Shown here: piece after piece, positions 1 through 10,007 of the stretch
How the letters are laid out: every line of letters begins with the position of its first letter
How positions within the stretch are numbered: position 1 is the stretch's first letter
Source of the DNA: an uncultured Collinsella sp.
GTDB taxonomy: Bacteria; Actinomycetota; Coriobacteriia; Coriobacteriales; Coriobacteriaceae
NCBI GenBank assembly: GCA_900768795.1
Contig: CAAGEH010000005.1
Location: forward strand, 9,123 to 73,122
Reading direction: 5' to 3'
DNA: 64,000 nt
Notes under the pieces: generated by a model
What the model saw: the letters and a program-made list of their open reading frames with translations, nothing else
Databases searched by the model: none
Told to the model about the DNA's origin: nothing
Position numbers and translations under genes: made by a program

Positions 1-642
1 CTCTTCGACACCATGGCGGATGCCGAGGTCAAGGAGCTCAACCTCATCATCAAGGCTGACGTCCAGGGTTCCATCGAGGCCCTTCAGGACTCTCTCGACA
101 AGATGGATCAGTCAGAGGTCCGCATCAACACGATTCACGCGGCGGTCGGTGCCATCAACGAGACCGACGTCGTGCTCGCTGACGCGTCCAACGCCATCAT
201 CATCGGTTTCGGCGTCCGCCCCGACGGCAAAGCCCGTTCCGCCGCTGAGCGCGAGGGCGTCGAGATTCGTTGCTACGACGTCATCTACAAGGCCCTCGAG
301 GACCTCGATGCCGCCCGTATCGGCATGCTCAAGCCTACCGAGGTCGAGGTTTCGACCGGTATGGCAACCGTTCTCGATACCTTCAAGGTCCCCAAGGTCG
401 GTATTGCCGCGGGTGTCCGCGTCGAGGAGGGCGAGCTTGCTTCGACCGATTCCGTGCGCCTTGTGCGCGACGGCATCGTTGTCTACAACGGCGCCATCGC
501 CTCCATGCGCCACTATAAGGATGAGGTTAAGAGCCTCAAGAGCGGTACCGAGGGCGGTATCGGTCTCGAGAACTTCCAGGACATCAAGCCTGGCGACGTC
601 ATCGAGGGCTACCGTATCGACCAGGTCGCACGAACTGAGTAG
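1..642 (+). CDS. infB: Translation initiation factor IF-2, C-terminal part (5' end outside the window)
   Basis: IIKADVQGS, GAINETDV, IIGFGV and DIKPGDVIE motifs of the IF-2 C domains; frame open from base 1; followed by rbfA. Confidence 0.97.
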   Translation, partial: LFDTMADAEVKELNLIIKADVQGSIEALQDSLDKMDQSEVRINTIHAAVGAINETDVVLADASNAIIIGFGVRPDGKARSAAEREGVEIRCYDVIYKALEDLDAARIGMLKPTEVEVSTGMATVLDTFKVPKVGIAAGVRVEEGELASTDSVRLVRDGIVVYNGAIASMRHYKDEVKSLKSGTEGGIGLENFQDIKPGDVIEGYRIDQVARTE

Positions 643-650
643 GGATTGGC

Positions 651-1070
651 ATGAAGCAGACGCAGGCAACACGCAGGCTGGGCGAGCAACTTCGCGAGAA
701 GTTGGCTCAGATTCTCCTCTTCGAGATTTCTGACCCCCGCCTCGATCTTGTGACCCTCACGGGCGTGGAGGTCTCTATCGACAAGTCGTTCGCTCGAGTT
801 TACGTGAGCTGCGAGCCCGAGCGATATGACGAGGTCATGGATGCGCTTGACGCTGCAAAAGGGCGCATTCGCTCCATTCTCGCGCGTTCGCTCGACTGGC
901 GCGTCACGCCTGCGCTTGATTTCAAGATCGACCCCTCGACCGATGAGGCGGAACGCATCTCGCGTGCGCTCGAGAACGTTCCCGCGACCATCGCTATCGA
1001 GAAGGACGAAGAAGGCTATCCCATCGCGAGCGACGACGGGGACGTGTCGGAGGCAGGCTCGGATGACTAG
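651..1070 (+). CDS. rbfA: Ribosome-binding factor A
   Basis: SDPRLDLVTLTGVEVS and WRVTPALDF motifs; directly after infB. Confidence 0.95.
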   Translation: MKQTQATRRLGEQLREKLAQILLFEISDPRLDLVTLTGVEVSIDKSFARVYVSCEPERYDEVMDALDAAKGRIRSILARSLDWRVTPALDFKIDPSTDEAERISRALENVPATIAIEKDEEGYPIASDDGDVSEAGSDD

Positions 1071-1071
1071 T

Positions 1072-2106
1072 ATGTCTGAGCTTGTATCCCCGGGTCTTAT
1101 CAGGGATTTTCGCTTGATACTCGATGCCGTCGTCGATGCTTCGGTTATCGCCATCTCGGGTCATACGTCCCCCGATGGCGATGCCCTAGGGTCGGTTCTC
1201 GGCCTTGGACTCGCGCTGCGTGCCCACTTCCCGCTTAAACGCGTCGTCTTTCTGCTTGCCGACAAGGCGGAGGTCCCGCGCATCTATCGTTTCATGAAGG
1301 GCGCGGACGACCTTATTCCCGCCGCATCATTTGACGAGGACCCCGACCTCTTCATCTCCGTCGACTGTCCCGTCTCGAGCCGTCTCGCAGACGCCGAGGC
1401 CGTCCTCAAGCGTTCCGCGCATGTCGTGTGCTTCGACCATCATCCAGCGCGCGCAGAGTTCGCCGAGATTTCCGTGCGTAAACCCGATGCGGCGGCTTGT
1501 GCCGTGCTTATCCAGGAGTTTCTCTCGTTTGCGAGTATCTCCATCTCTCCGGATATCGCCACCTGCCTGCTTTGCGGTCTCGTGACCGATACCGGTCGTT
1601 TTCAGTACCAAAATGCTGACCCTGCGGCATTTCAGACCGCATCGGAGCTCGTGCGGTACGGTGGAAATCCCGCGCGCATCTCGCTCGAGGTCTATCAGAG
1701 TCAGCGCCTTGAGTACCTGCACCTCGAGTCCATCGTTATGGGGCGCATCAAAACGTGCGCCCATGGTCGAGTCGCCTACAGCTATGCGTACGCGAGCGAT
1801 TTTACGCAGTGCGGCGTCTCGGTCGATGAGTGCGACGGCCTCGTCGATGTCGTCCGCTCGGTGATGGGCGTTCAGGTCTGCCTTTTCGTCAAGGAGACCG
1901 ACGGTGGACGCATCGTTCGCGGCAATCTGAGGTCCAAGGGCGAGACCGACGTCTCGTCGGTCGCCGCTGCCTTCGACGGCGGCGGTCACGCAGCCGCCGC
2001 GGGTTTCTCCTATCAGGGGTCCATATTCGAGACGCTTAAGGTTGCGCTTCCCATGCTCGCCGAACTCGTGGGGGACGACCCCGCCTCCGTTCGTGTCGAG
2101 CTCTAA
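1072..2106 (+). CDS. nrnA: DHH/DHHA1 phosphoesterase (NrnA-like oligoribonuclease/pAp phosphatase)
   Basis: HxxPDGDALGS, DHH, TDTG and GGGH motifs; start set at ATG 1072 just after the rbfA stop. Confidence 0.88.
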   Translation: MSELVSPGLIRDFRLILDAVVDASVIAISGHTSPDGDALGSVLGLGLALRAHFPLKRVVFLLADKAEVPRIYRFMKGADDLIPAASFDEDPDLFISVDCPVSSRLADAEAVLKRSAHVVCFDHHPARAEFAEISVRKPDAAACAVLIQEFLSFASISISPDIATCLLCGLVTDTGRFQYQNADPAAFQTASELVRYGGNPARISLEVYQSQRLEYLHLESIVMGRIKTCAHGRVAYSYAYASDFTQCGVSVDECDGLVDVVRSVMGVQVCLFVKETDGGRIVRGNLRSKGETDVSSVAAAFDGGGHAAAAGFSYQGSIFETLKVALPMLAELVGDDPASVRVEL

Positions 2107-2148
2107 AGCAGCCTCGTTTTCCACTCGTTTTCTTCCATAAGGGGCGCT

Positions 2149-3078
2149 ATGGCCAAACGCGGTCCTTCAAAATTGAATCTCCTTCTCGCCGTCGATAAAC
2201 CCGTCGGCATCACCTCGCATGACGTCGTCGCCCGTGTGCGTCGCGCTCTCGATGAGCGCCGCGTCGGCCATGCCGGCACGCTCGATCCGCTGGCCTCCGG
2301 AGTGATGATCGTCGGTGTAGGTCAGGCTACGCGCCTTCTCGGGATGCTCACGCTCGACACCAAGTCCTATATCGCCGCGATTCGATTCGGTTCCGAGACC
2401 AACACCGATGACGCCGAGGGCGAGGTCATTCGCACGGCACCCATCGCATCCGAGCTTTTCGATGAGGGCTATGCCGCACGTGCCGTTGCCGCCACCGTTG
2501 GGGCCCAGGAACAGGTTCCCCCGCAGTTCTCTGCGATTTCCGTTAACGGCGTGCGCTCCTATAAACGGGCGCGCGAGGGGGACTCTTTCGAGCTCCCCCC
2601 GCGTCCCGTCGAGGTGGTCTCGGCTCAACTGATCTCTGTTGTCCCGGATGGCGATAGCCCCGTCTGGAACGTTGCGTACACGGTCTCCAAAGGCACATAT
2701 ATCCGTGCACTTGCGCGCGACCTCGGTCGAAGCCTCCGGAGCGCGGCTCATATTCAGGACCTCCGTCGAACCGCATCCGGTTCGATTTCCCTTGCCGACT
2801 GCACCTCGCTCGATGATCTCGACGTCGAATCCGCATCTGCCCATGCACTCGATCCGGTTGCGGCTCTCGGTTTGCACTCCGTCGAGGTTTCCGAACGCAT
2901 CGTTCCCGACATCCGTCTGGGGCGCGACGTGCACATACCCGAGGTCTCCTCGTTTGAGATGGGGGAGAACCTTTGCCTCGTGCGCGACGGCAAGCTTCTC
3001 GCCCTGGCCCATCGCGAAAAGGACGTTTTCTCTCTCGATCGCGTCTTTCCCGAGCCGATTGCGGGCGTTGACGCATGA
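2149..3078 (+). CDS. truB: tRNA pseudouridine(55) synthase
   Basis: DKPVGITSHDVV, GHAGTLDPLASG and SKGTYIRALARD motifs. Confidence 0.96.
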   Translation: MAKRGPSKLNLLLAVDKPVGITSHDVVARVRRALDERRVGHAGTLDPLASGVMIVGVGQATRLLGMLTLDTKSYIAAIRFGSETNTDDAEGEVIRTAPIASELFDEGYAARAVAATVGAQEQVPPQFSAISVNGVRSYKRAREGDSFELPPRPVEVVSAQLISVVPDGDSPVWNVAYTVSKGTYIRALARDLGRSLRSAAHIQDLRRTASGSISLADCTSLDDLDVESASAHALDPVAALGLHSVEVSERIVPDIRLGRDVHIPEVSSFEMGENLCLVRDGKLLALAHREKDVFSLDRVFPEPIAGVDA

Positions 3079-4079
3079 TGCCCTCCACCTCAGAGCTCGC
3101 CTCGATGTTTATGCGCTTCGCCACGCCTGCCGTTTCGGTGGAGCGTATCGATGCCGCTCATCCTTTGAATCTCGGGTCCGCTTCGATCGCGATTGGCGCC
3201 TTTGACGGGTTCCATCTCGGACACCGTGAGCTGGTTGACGCCGCTATCGAAGATGCCGAGCGCGCCGGCATCCGATCCGTGGTCGTGACGTTCGACCCCG
3301 ACCCCGACTGCGTTGTCGGGCCTGGTCCGGCTCCCAAGCTTACCTCGATCGAGGACCGTCTCGCGCTTCTTGCCCATAGCGGCGTCGATGCCGTTGTCGT
3401 TGTCCCGTTCACAGATAAGCTTTCCCATCTCGATCATGAGGCGTTTTTCCATGATGTTCTCGGACCCTCTATGGATATCCGCAGCATCCACGTCGGTTCC
3501 GACTTCAGGCTCGGGTATCGCGGCGCATCCGATGTGCATGTGATGGGCGCTTGGTGCGCCGATAGGGGAATCGAGCTCGTTGCACATGATCTTGTGCGCA
3601 AGGGCTCCGAGAAGATTTCTTCCACCCGGATCCGTGCCGCTCTTTCCGAGGGCGATGTGTGTGCCGCGGCCGATCTGCTTGGCAGGACCTACATGGTTCG
3701 CGGATGCGTCGCCAAGGGACGCGGGCAGGGCCATAAAATGGGTTTTCCCACTGCGAATATCGAGGTCCGCGAGGGGATCCAGATGCCTGCCGACGGTGTG
3801 TACTCGGGGCTTGCCCTTGTTGACGGGAACGTGTACCCGGCGGCGATCAACGTTGGGCTTCCGCCCATGTTCAGGAGCTCGGCTCGCTCGGCGCACCTCG
3901 AGGCCAACCTGATCGGCTTTTCGGGCGACATCTATGGTTCGTCCGTCTCGCTGGCGTTCTCGCACCATCTGCGACCCTCGCGCGTGTTCGATTCTCAGGA
4001 GGAGCTTGTTCGGACCGTCATGGGAAATATCAACGATGTCTGCAGAGAGTTCGGTGAATGTGGGGTGCCTCTCAATTGA
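3075..4079 (+). CDS. ribF: Bifunctional riboflavin kinase/FAD synthetase
   Basis: GAFDGFHLGH, ISSTRIR and GFPTAN motifs; ATGA overlap with truB. Confidence 0.95.
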   Translation: MMPSTSELASMFMRFATPAVSVERIDAAHPLNLGSASIAIGAFDGFHLGHRELVDAAIEDAERAGIRSVVVTFDPDPDCVVGPGPAPKLTSIEDRLALLAHSGVDAVVVVPFTDKLSHLDHEAFFHDVLGPSMDIRSIHVGSDFRLGYRGASDVHVMGAWCADRGIELVAHDLVRKGSEKISSTRIRAALSEGDVCAAADLLGRTYMVRGCVAKGRGQGHKMGFPTANIEVREGIQMPADGVYSGLALVDGNVYPAAINVGLPPMFRSSARSAHLEANLIGFSGDIYGSSVSLAFSHHLRPSRVFDSQEELVRTVMGNINDVCREFGECGVPLN

Positions 4080-6151
4080 TTACAGAAGAAGATAAAGAGC
4101 GCGTCTGCGCAGCTTCGGACCTCGTGAGCATCGTTTCGGAAACCGTTGAGCTCCGTCCTCGGAGCGGTGGTGAGTTCTGGGGCTGCTGTCCCTTTCATGG
4201 CGAAAAGACGGCTTCGTTTCATGTAAGGCCCCAAAATCAAACATGGTTTTGCTTCGGCTGCAACTCGGGCGGCGACGTCATCGATTACATCAAGCGTCGT
4301 GAGGGGCTCAATTATCCCGAGGCGGTCCATTACCTTGCCGACCGTGCGGGCATAGAGATCTCGGACGATCGAAGGGTAGCCAACAAAGGCACCAAACGCC
4401 ATCGAATCTTCGATGTCTGCGAAGAGACGGCAAAGTACTATCACATGCTGCTCATGCGCGGAAAAGACGGGCGCGGCCGCGACTACTTCAAGTCCCGTGG
4501 ATTCGGGGCTCCGGTCTGCAACCGCTACGAGCTCGGGTTTGCTCCCGGTCGTTCTGCTCTCGTCAATCATCTCTCGAGCCTGGGTTTCACACCCAAGGAG
4601 CTGATCGATGCCAACGTCGCCGTGTCGCGCGGCTCGGGGCGCATCTCCGACAGATTCTACGATCGCGTGATGTTCCCGATCTTCGACGAGCAGGGGCACC
4701 ACATCGCGTTCGGCGGACGCATCATGGGGGAGGGGCAGCCCAAGTACCTCAACACGTCCGAGACGTCGGTTTTCCACAAGAAGCGCAACCTCTATGGCTT
4801 CAACTGGGCAAAGGAGTCCATCGTTGCCGAGCAGTGCGCCATTGTCGTGGAGGGATACACCGACTGCATCGCCTGCTGGGAGGCGGGCATCAAAAACGTT
4901 GTCGCCACGCTCGGAACGGCTCTGACGGAGCATCATGTAAAGACGCTCACGAGATTCGTGAACAAGATCATCTATCTGTTCGATGGCGATAACGCCGGCC
5001 AAAAGGCCGCGGAGCGCGCGATCCAGTTCATCGAGAGCGACTCCATGGACCTTCGCTGCGTCGTTCTGCCCGACGGCCAGGATCCCATGGAGTTCGTCAC
5101 GGCACAGGGCGGGGACGCGCTCCGAGCGCGCTTGGCGACGGCGGAACCCCTGATGGATTTCGTATTTCGGAAGCTCGAGGAGAAGAGCGATATTTCGACT
5201 CCAGGCGGTCGCGCCAAGGCTCTCGAGGATATGCTGAAGCTCATCTACCCTTTGCGCGACAGCTATCTGATCGATACCTATTACGTGCAGATTTCAGACC
5301 GCCTGGGACTCGATAGCGCTGCGGTTAGGGAAAGTGCGCGGCACGTGTTCGTGGAAGTCGGACGGTCGCAGGCGGCTGCGCGCAAGCGCGAGGAGGCCTA
5401 TAACCGCTCGCGCGCCCGGGATTCATCGCAGCAGGCGAATTCCGCGCAGGCGCCAACATGGCAAACGACTTCCGCATCCGTTTCGGGCGCGGCGCCGACC
5501 CGGTCGCCTGCATCCCTGGCTCCCTCTGACGAAGCCGTTCCGCTCGATGCCTACGATGCGGTTCCGATCGATACCGTCGACGACGCGCCTGAGCCCGCCG
5601 GGTTTGATGGGCGGCCCCAAACCGCGTCCGTCCCCGTCATCCTCACCGACCTGGAGCGGCAGGCGCTCGCCTCCGAGCGCGAGCTGCTCTCGCTGCTCAC
5701 GATGTTTCCCGACAGCTTCAGGGCTTTCGATGACCGCATATGCTCGATCGATTGGGTCGACAAACGGAGCGAAACCATCGCCTTTGCCGTTCTCGCAACG
5801 CCGGAGGGGACCGATCCCAAAAACGTCATGGCAGCCGTCAGGAGCGTCTGCCCCGAGGCATCGGAGCTCGTTGCCGCGGGACGCATCTCCTCGACGAGTA
5901 AGCATCCGACCGAGACCAACATCCGCTTTCTGCTCGATACGCTCGAGTTCTTCACCGTCAAGCGCCGTATGAACGCCACGATCGGTAAATTGCGCGTCTC
6001 GACGGATCTTACCGATGACGAACGCCGCGACCTCGTTATGCAGCAGCAGGAGGATGCCAAGCGTTCCCGCGAGCTCGCTTCTGCCATCGAGGGCGTTGCC
6101 GACCCGTTTCGCGATGAGGATGCCGCGTCAACAGATGGGCAGACCACGTGA
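4076..6151 (+). CDS. dnaG: DNA primase
   Basis: CHC2 zinc finger CPFH...CFGC, PKYLN and TOPRIM motifs (VEGYTD, FDGD); likely TTG start overlapping the ribF stop. Confidence 0.95.
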   Translation: MITEEDKERVCAASDLVSIVSETVELRPRSGGEFWGCCPFHGEKTASFHVRPQNQTWFCFGCNSGGDVIDYIKRREGLNYPEAVHYLADRAGIEISDDRRVANKGTKRHRIFDVCEETAKYYHMLLMRGKDGRGRDYFKSRGFGAPVCNRYELGFAPGRSALVNHLSSLGFTPKELIDANVAVSRGSGRISDRFYDRVMFPIFDEQGHHIAFGGRIMGEGQPKYLNTSETSVFHKKRNLYGFNWAKESIVAEQCAIVVEGYTDCIACWEAGIKNVVATLGTALTEHHVKTLTRFVNKIIYLFDGDNAGQKAAERAIQFIESDSMDLRCVVLPDGQDPMEFVTAQGGDALRARLATAEPLMDFVFRKLEEKSDISTPGGRAKALEDMLKLIYPLRDSYLIDTYYVQISDRLGLDSAAVRESARHVFVEVGRSQAAARKREEAYNRSRARDSSQQANSAQAPTWQTTSASVSGAAPTRSPASLAPSDEAVPLDAYDAVPIDTVDDAPEPAGFDGRPQTASVPVILTDLERQALASERELLSLLTMFPDSFRAFDDRICSIDWVDKRSETIAFAVLATPEGTDPKNVMAAVRSVCPEASELVAAGRISSTSKHPTETNIRFLLDTLEFFTVKRRMNATIGKLRVSTDLTDDERRDLVMQQQEDAKRSRELASAIEGVADPFRDEDAASTDGQTT

Positions 6152-6262
6152 TATCGCGCGTTTAGATGTGATGCGAAAAGCCCGTTAGCAGGATATTTAC
6201 ACATCTCATGGGTATAGAAGCATGGTAAAGTAATGAGTCCTTAGGCTATGAAGGGAGATTCT

Positions 6263-7591
<1,329 letters not shown>

Positions 7592-7616
7592 TTCGAAAAA
7601 TTTCTCAAAAAAGTCC

Positions 7617-7644
7617 TTGCGCTCCGTCTGCTCTTCCGTATAAT
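7617..7644 (+). promoter_or_regulatory. Sigma-70 promoter for tRNA-Asn
   Basis: TTGCGC-16 bp-TATAAT, preceded by an A/T-rich UP-like tract. Confidence 0.7.
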
Positions 7645-7674
7645 AAATTTCGTTGCTTGAGAGCAGCACCGAAT

Positions 7675-7749
7675 TCCTCGGTAGCTCAATGGTAGAGCCC
7701 GCGGCTGTTAACCGCGTTGTTGTAGGTTCGAGTCCTACCCGGGGAGCCA
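7675..7749 (+). tRNA. tRNA-Asn(GTT)
   Basis: Cloverleaf: acceptor TCCTCGG/CCGGGGA, anticodon arm CGCGG-CTGTTAA-CCGCG, T loop TTCGAGT, encoded CCA. Confidence 0.97.
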
Positions 7750-7759
7750 GATTATTTTG

Positions 7760-7786
7760 ACCCGTCAGCTCGCTGGCGGGTTTTTT
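7760..7786 (+). terminator. Intrinsic terminator after tRNA-Asn
   Basis: ACCCGTCAGC/GCTGGCGGGT hairpin followed by a T-run. Confidence 0.85.
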
Positions 7787-7948
7787 ATTAGCTTTTGAAT
7801 AAGCGTCGGGCAAGGGCGCGAGCCCATGTCGAGCTGTCTGCATTTCTTATCGTCACATGGAGTTTGCGTCTTTCTCCGTGTAAACTATTTAGTATTCATG
7901 CTCACTTGATTTGGCGTTTCCTGCGCCTTATTTGAGAGGAGAATTCCT

Positions 7949-8305
7949 GTGTCTGAGAACATCAACGGCACGCTCAGCGTCTCCAACGACGTTATCGCTG
8001 ACATCGCCGGTTATGCTGCCATGTCCTGCTACGGCGTTGTGGGAATGGCGGAACAGCTCCAGGGCGCTGAGAGCGTCCGTCTTCTTCCCGGCCAGCGTCT
8101 GCGCAAGGGCGTCCTCGTTTCCGGTACCGAGGATGGCGGTCTTTCGGTCGATCTTCACGTTGTGCTTGAAAACGGCGTCAACATGAAGTCCGTATGCGAG
8201 AACCTCTCGAGCTCCGTCTCGTTCACCCTTCAGGAGATCGCTCAGATCGACCCTGCCGTTCTCAAGATCGGTATCCATATCGACGGTCTCAAGAGCCGCA
8301 TCTAA
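7949..8305 (+). CDS. Asp23/Gls24 family protein (YloU-like)
   Basis: VIADIAGYAAMSCYGVVGM; RBS GAGGAG; typical position before the DAK2 gene. Confidence 0.9.
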   Translation: MSENINGTLSVSNDVIADIAGYAAMSCYGVVGMAEQLQGAESVRLLPGQRLRKGVLVSGTEDGGLSVDLHVVLENGVNMKSVCENLSSSVSFTLQEIAQIDPAVLKIGIHIDGLKSRI

Positions 8306-8334
8306 CGCCCGCTGAATTCGGAGATAGTTTCCTA

Positions 8335-10002
8335 ATGATTGCACAGACCATCCGCTCCTGTTTCCCGGTTGCCGCTTCCGCTGTTTCAGCAAAGGCCGAG
8401 GAAATCAACAAGCTCAACGTGTTCCCCGTCCCCGACGGAGACACCGGTACCAACATGTCGCTTACGCTCGCCTCCGTGGTGAAAGAGCTCATCGCCCTTC
8501 CCGCGGACGCTGACATGCAGGCCATCGCCGGCGCCATCACCCACGGTTCGCTCATGGGCGCTCGCGGCAATTCGGGCGTCATCACCTCTCAGATCCTGCG
8601 CGGGATCGCCGAGGGCCTTGTAGAGGCCTCGGAGCCCGTCACCTCTTCCGATGTCGCCTCCGCCTTCCGCCGTGCCGTCAAGGTCGCGTTCAAGGCCGTT
8701 CGCAAACCCATCGAGGGCACGATTCTCACGGTGCTCCGTGACGTTTCGACCAAGGCCGACGAGTGCGAAAAGAAGAAGCTCCCTCTCGAGGATGCGCTCG
8801 ACGCCATCGTCGTCGAGGCATACGAGTCCGTGGCCCGCACGCCCGATCTGCTTCCCGTTCTCAAGGAGAACGGCGTCGTCGACTCCGGTGCCTTCGGTTT
8901 CGCTATCTTCCTTGAGAATTTCATCGCTTCTGCGTTGGGGCGCACCTCTAAGATCGAGGGTTTTTCCGCCACGTTCGACACCGCTGCCGATTCCGCCAAG
9001 GCGGGTGCACTCGGTCGCGTCGAGATCGAGGCGAACGACGACTGGGAGGGCTCGGAGTTCCGCTATTGCAATGAGTTCCTCTTCAAGGCCAACGCGCCGT
9101 TCGATGAGGACGATTGCCTCAGGTTCCTCGGTTCCATGGGCGACTGCGAACTGCTCGTGGGCAGCTATCCCGACTACAAGATCCACGTTCACTCCAATAC
9201 GCCCAATCTCGTGCTCGGCCATATGCTCGAGCTCGGCCAGATCTACGAGGTCTTCATCCACAACATGGAGATGGAGGCTCACGACCGTACGGCCAAGATT
9301 CACGAGGACCAGGATGCAAAGGCGGCAGAGCCTGCCAAGGAGCTCGGTTTCGTTGCCGTGGCCGCGGGTTCCGGCGAGGCCGACATCCTCAGGTCTCTCA
9401 ACGTCGATGTCGTCGTCGAGGGAGGCCAGACCATGAACCCCTCGACTGCCGATCTTTTAGCAGCCGTCGATCAGGTCAACGCCGAGTCCGTGATCATCCT
9501 TCCCGATAACGGCAATATCCGCATGGCTGCAGAGGCGGCCGCTTCCGCTTGCACCGACAAGAAGGTCTTCGTCGTTCCCACCAAGACCGTTCCACAGGCG
9601 TTCTCCGCCCTGTTCGCGGTCGTCCCGGGCGATCCCGCCGACGAGGTCGTCGAGGCGATGACCGAGGCTCTCGATGACGTCCGCGACGGTGAGGTCACGC
9701 GCGCCGTGCGCGACAGCTCCGCAAGCGATGGCACGCCCATCCACGACGGTGACGTCATGGGCATTATCCAGGGCTCCATCGATATCGTCGGTTCCGATGT
9801 CAAACAGGTCACGCTCGACTGCATCAATCGCATGCAGGACGACGAGGAGGGCGATGCGCTCACCATTCTCGCCGGCTCCGACCTTTCCGACGATGATTTC
9901 CAGGATATCCTCGATGCCATCGAGGAGGCTCAGCCCGACCTCGAGATCGATGCACATCGTGGCGAGCAGCCGCTCTATCCCGTTATCTTCTCGATCGAGT
10001 AG
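8335..10002 (+). CDS. fakA: DAK2-domain fatty acid kinase subunit A (FakA/YloV-like)
   Basis: LNVFPVPDGDTGTNM, GARGNSG, VVDSG, GGQTMNPS and C-terminal GEQPLY motifs. Confidence 0.9.
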   Translation: MIAQTIRSCFPVAASAVSAKAEEINKLNVFPVPDGDTGTNMSLTLASVVKELIALPADADMQAIAGAITHGSLMGARGNSGVITSQILRGIAEGLVEASEPVTSSDVASAFRRAVKVAFKAVRKPIEGTILTVLRDVSTKADECEKKKLPLEDALDAIVVEAYESVARTPDLLPVLKENGVVDSGAFGFAIFLENFIASALGRTSKIEGFSATFDTAADSAKAGALGRVEIEANDDWEGSEFRYCNEFLFKANAPFDEDDCLRFLGSMGDCELLVGSYPDYKIHVHSNTPNLVLGHMLELGQIYEVFIHNMEMEAHDRTAKIHEDQDAKAAEPAKELGFVAVAAGSGEADILRSLNVDVVVEGGQTMNPSTADLLAAVDQVNAESVIILPDNGNIRMAAEAAASACTDKKVFVVPTKTVPQAFSALFAVVPGDPADEVVEAMTEALDDVRDGEVTRAVRDSSASDGTPIHDGDVMGIIQGSIDIVGSDVKQVTLDCINRMQDDEEGDALTILAGSDLSDDDFQDILDAIEEAQPDLEIDAHRGEQPLYPVIFSIE

Positions 10003-10007
10003 GTTTT

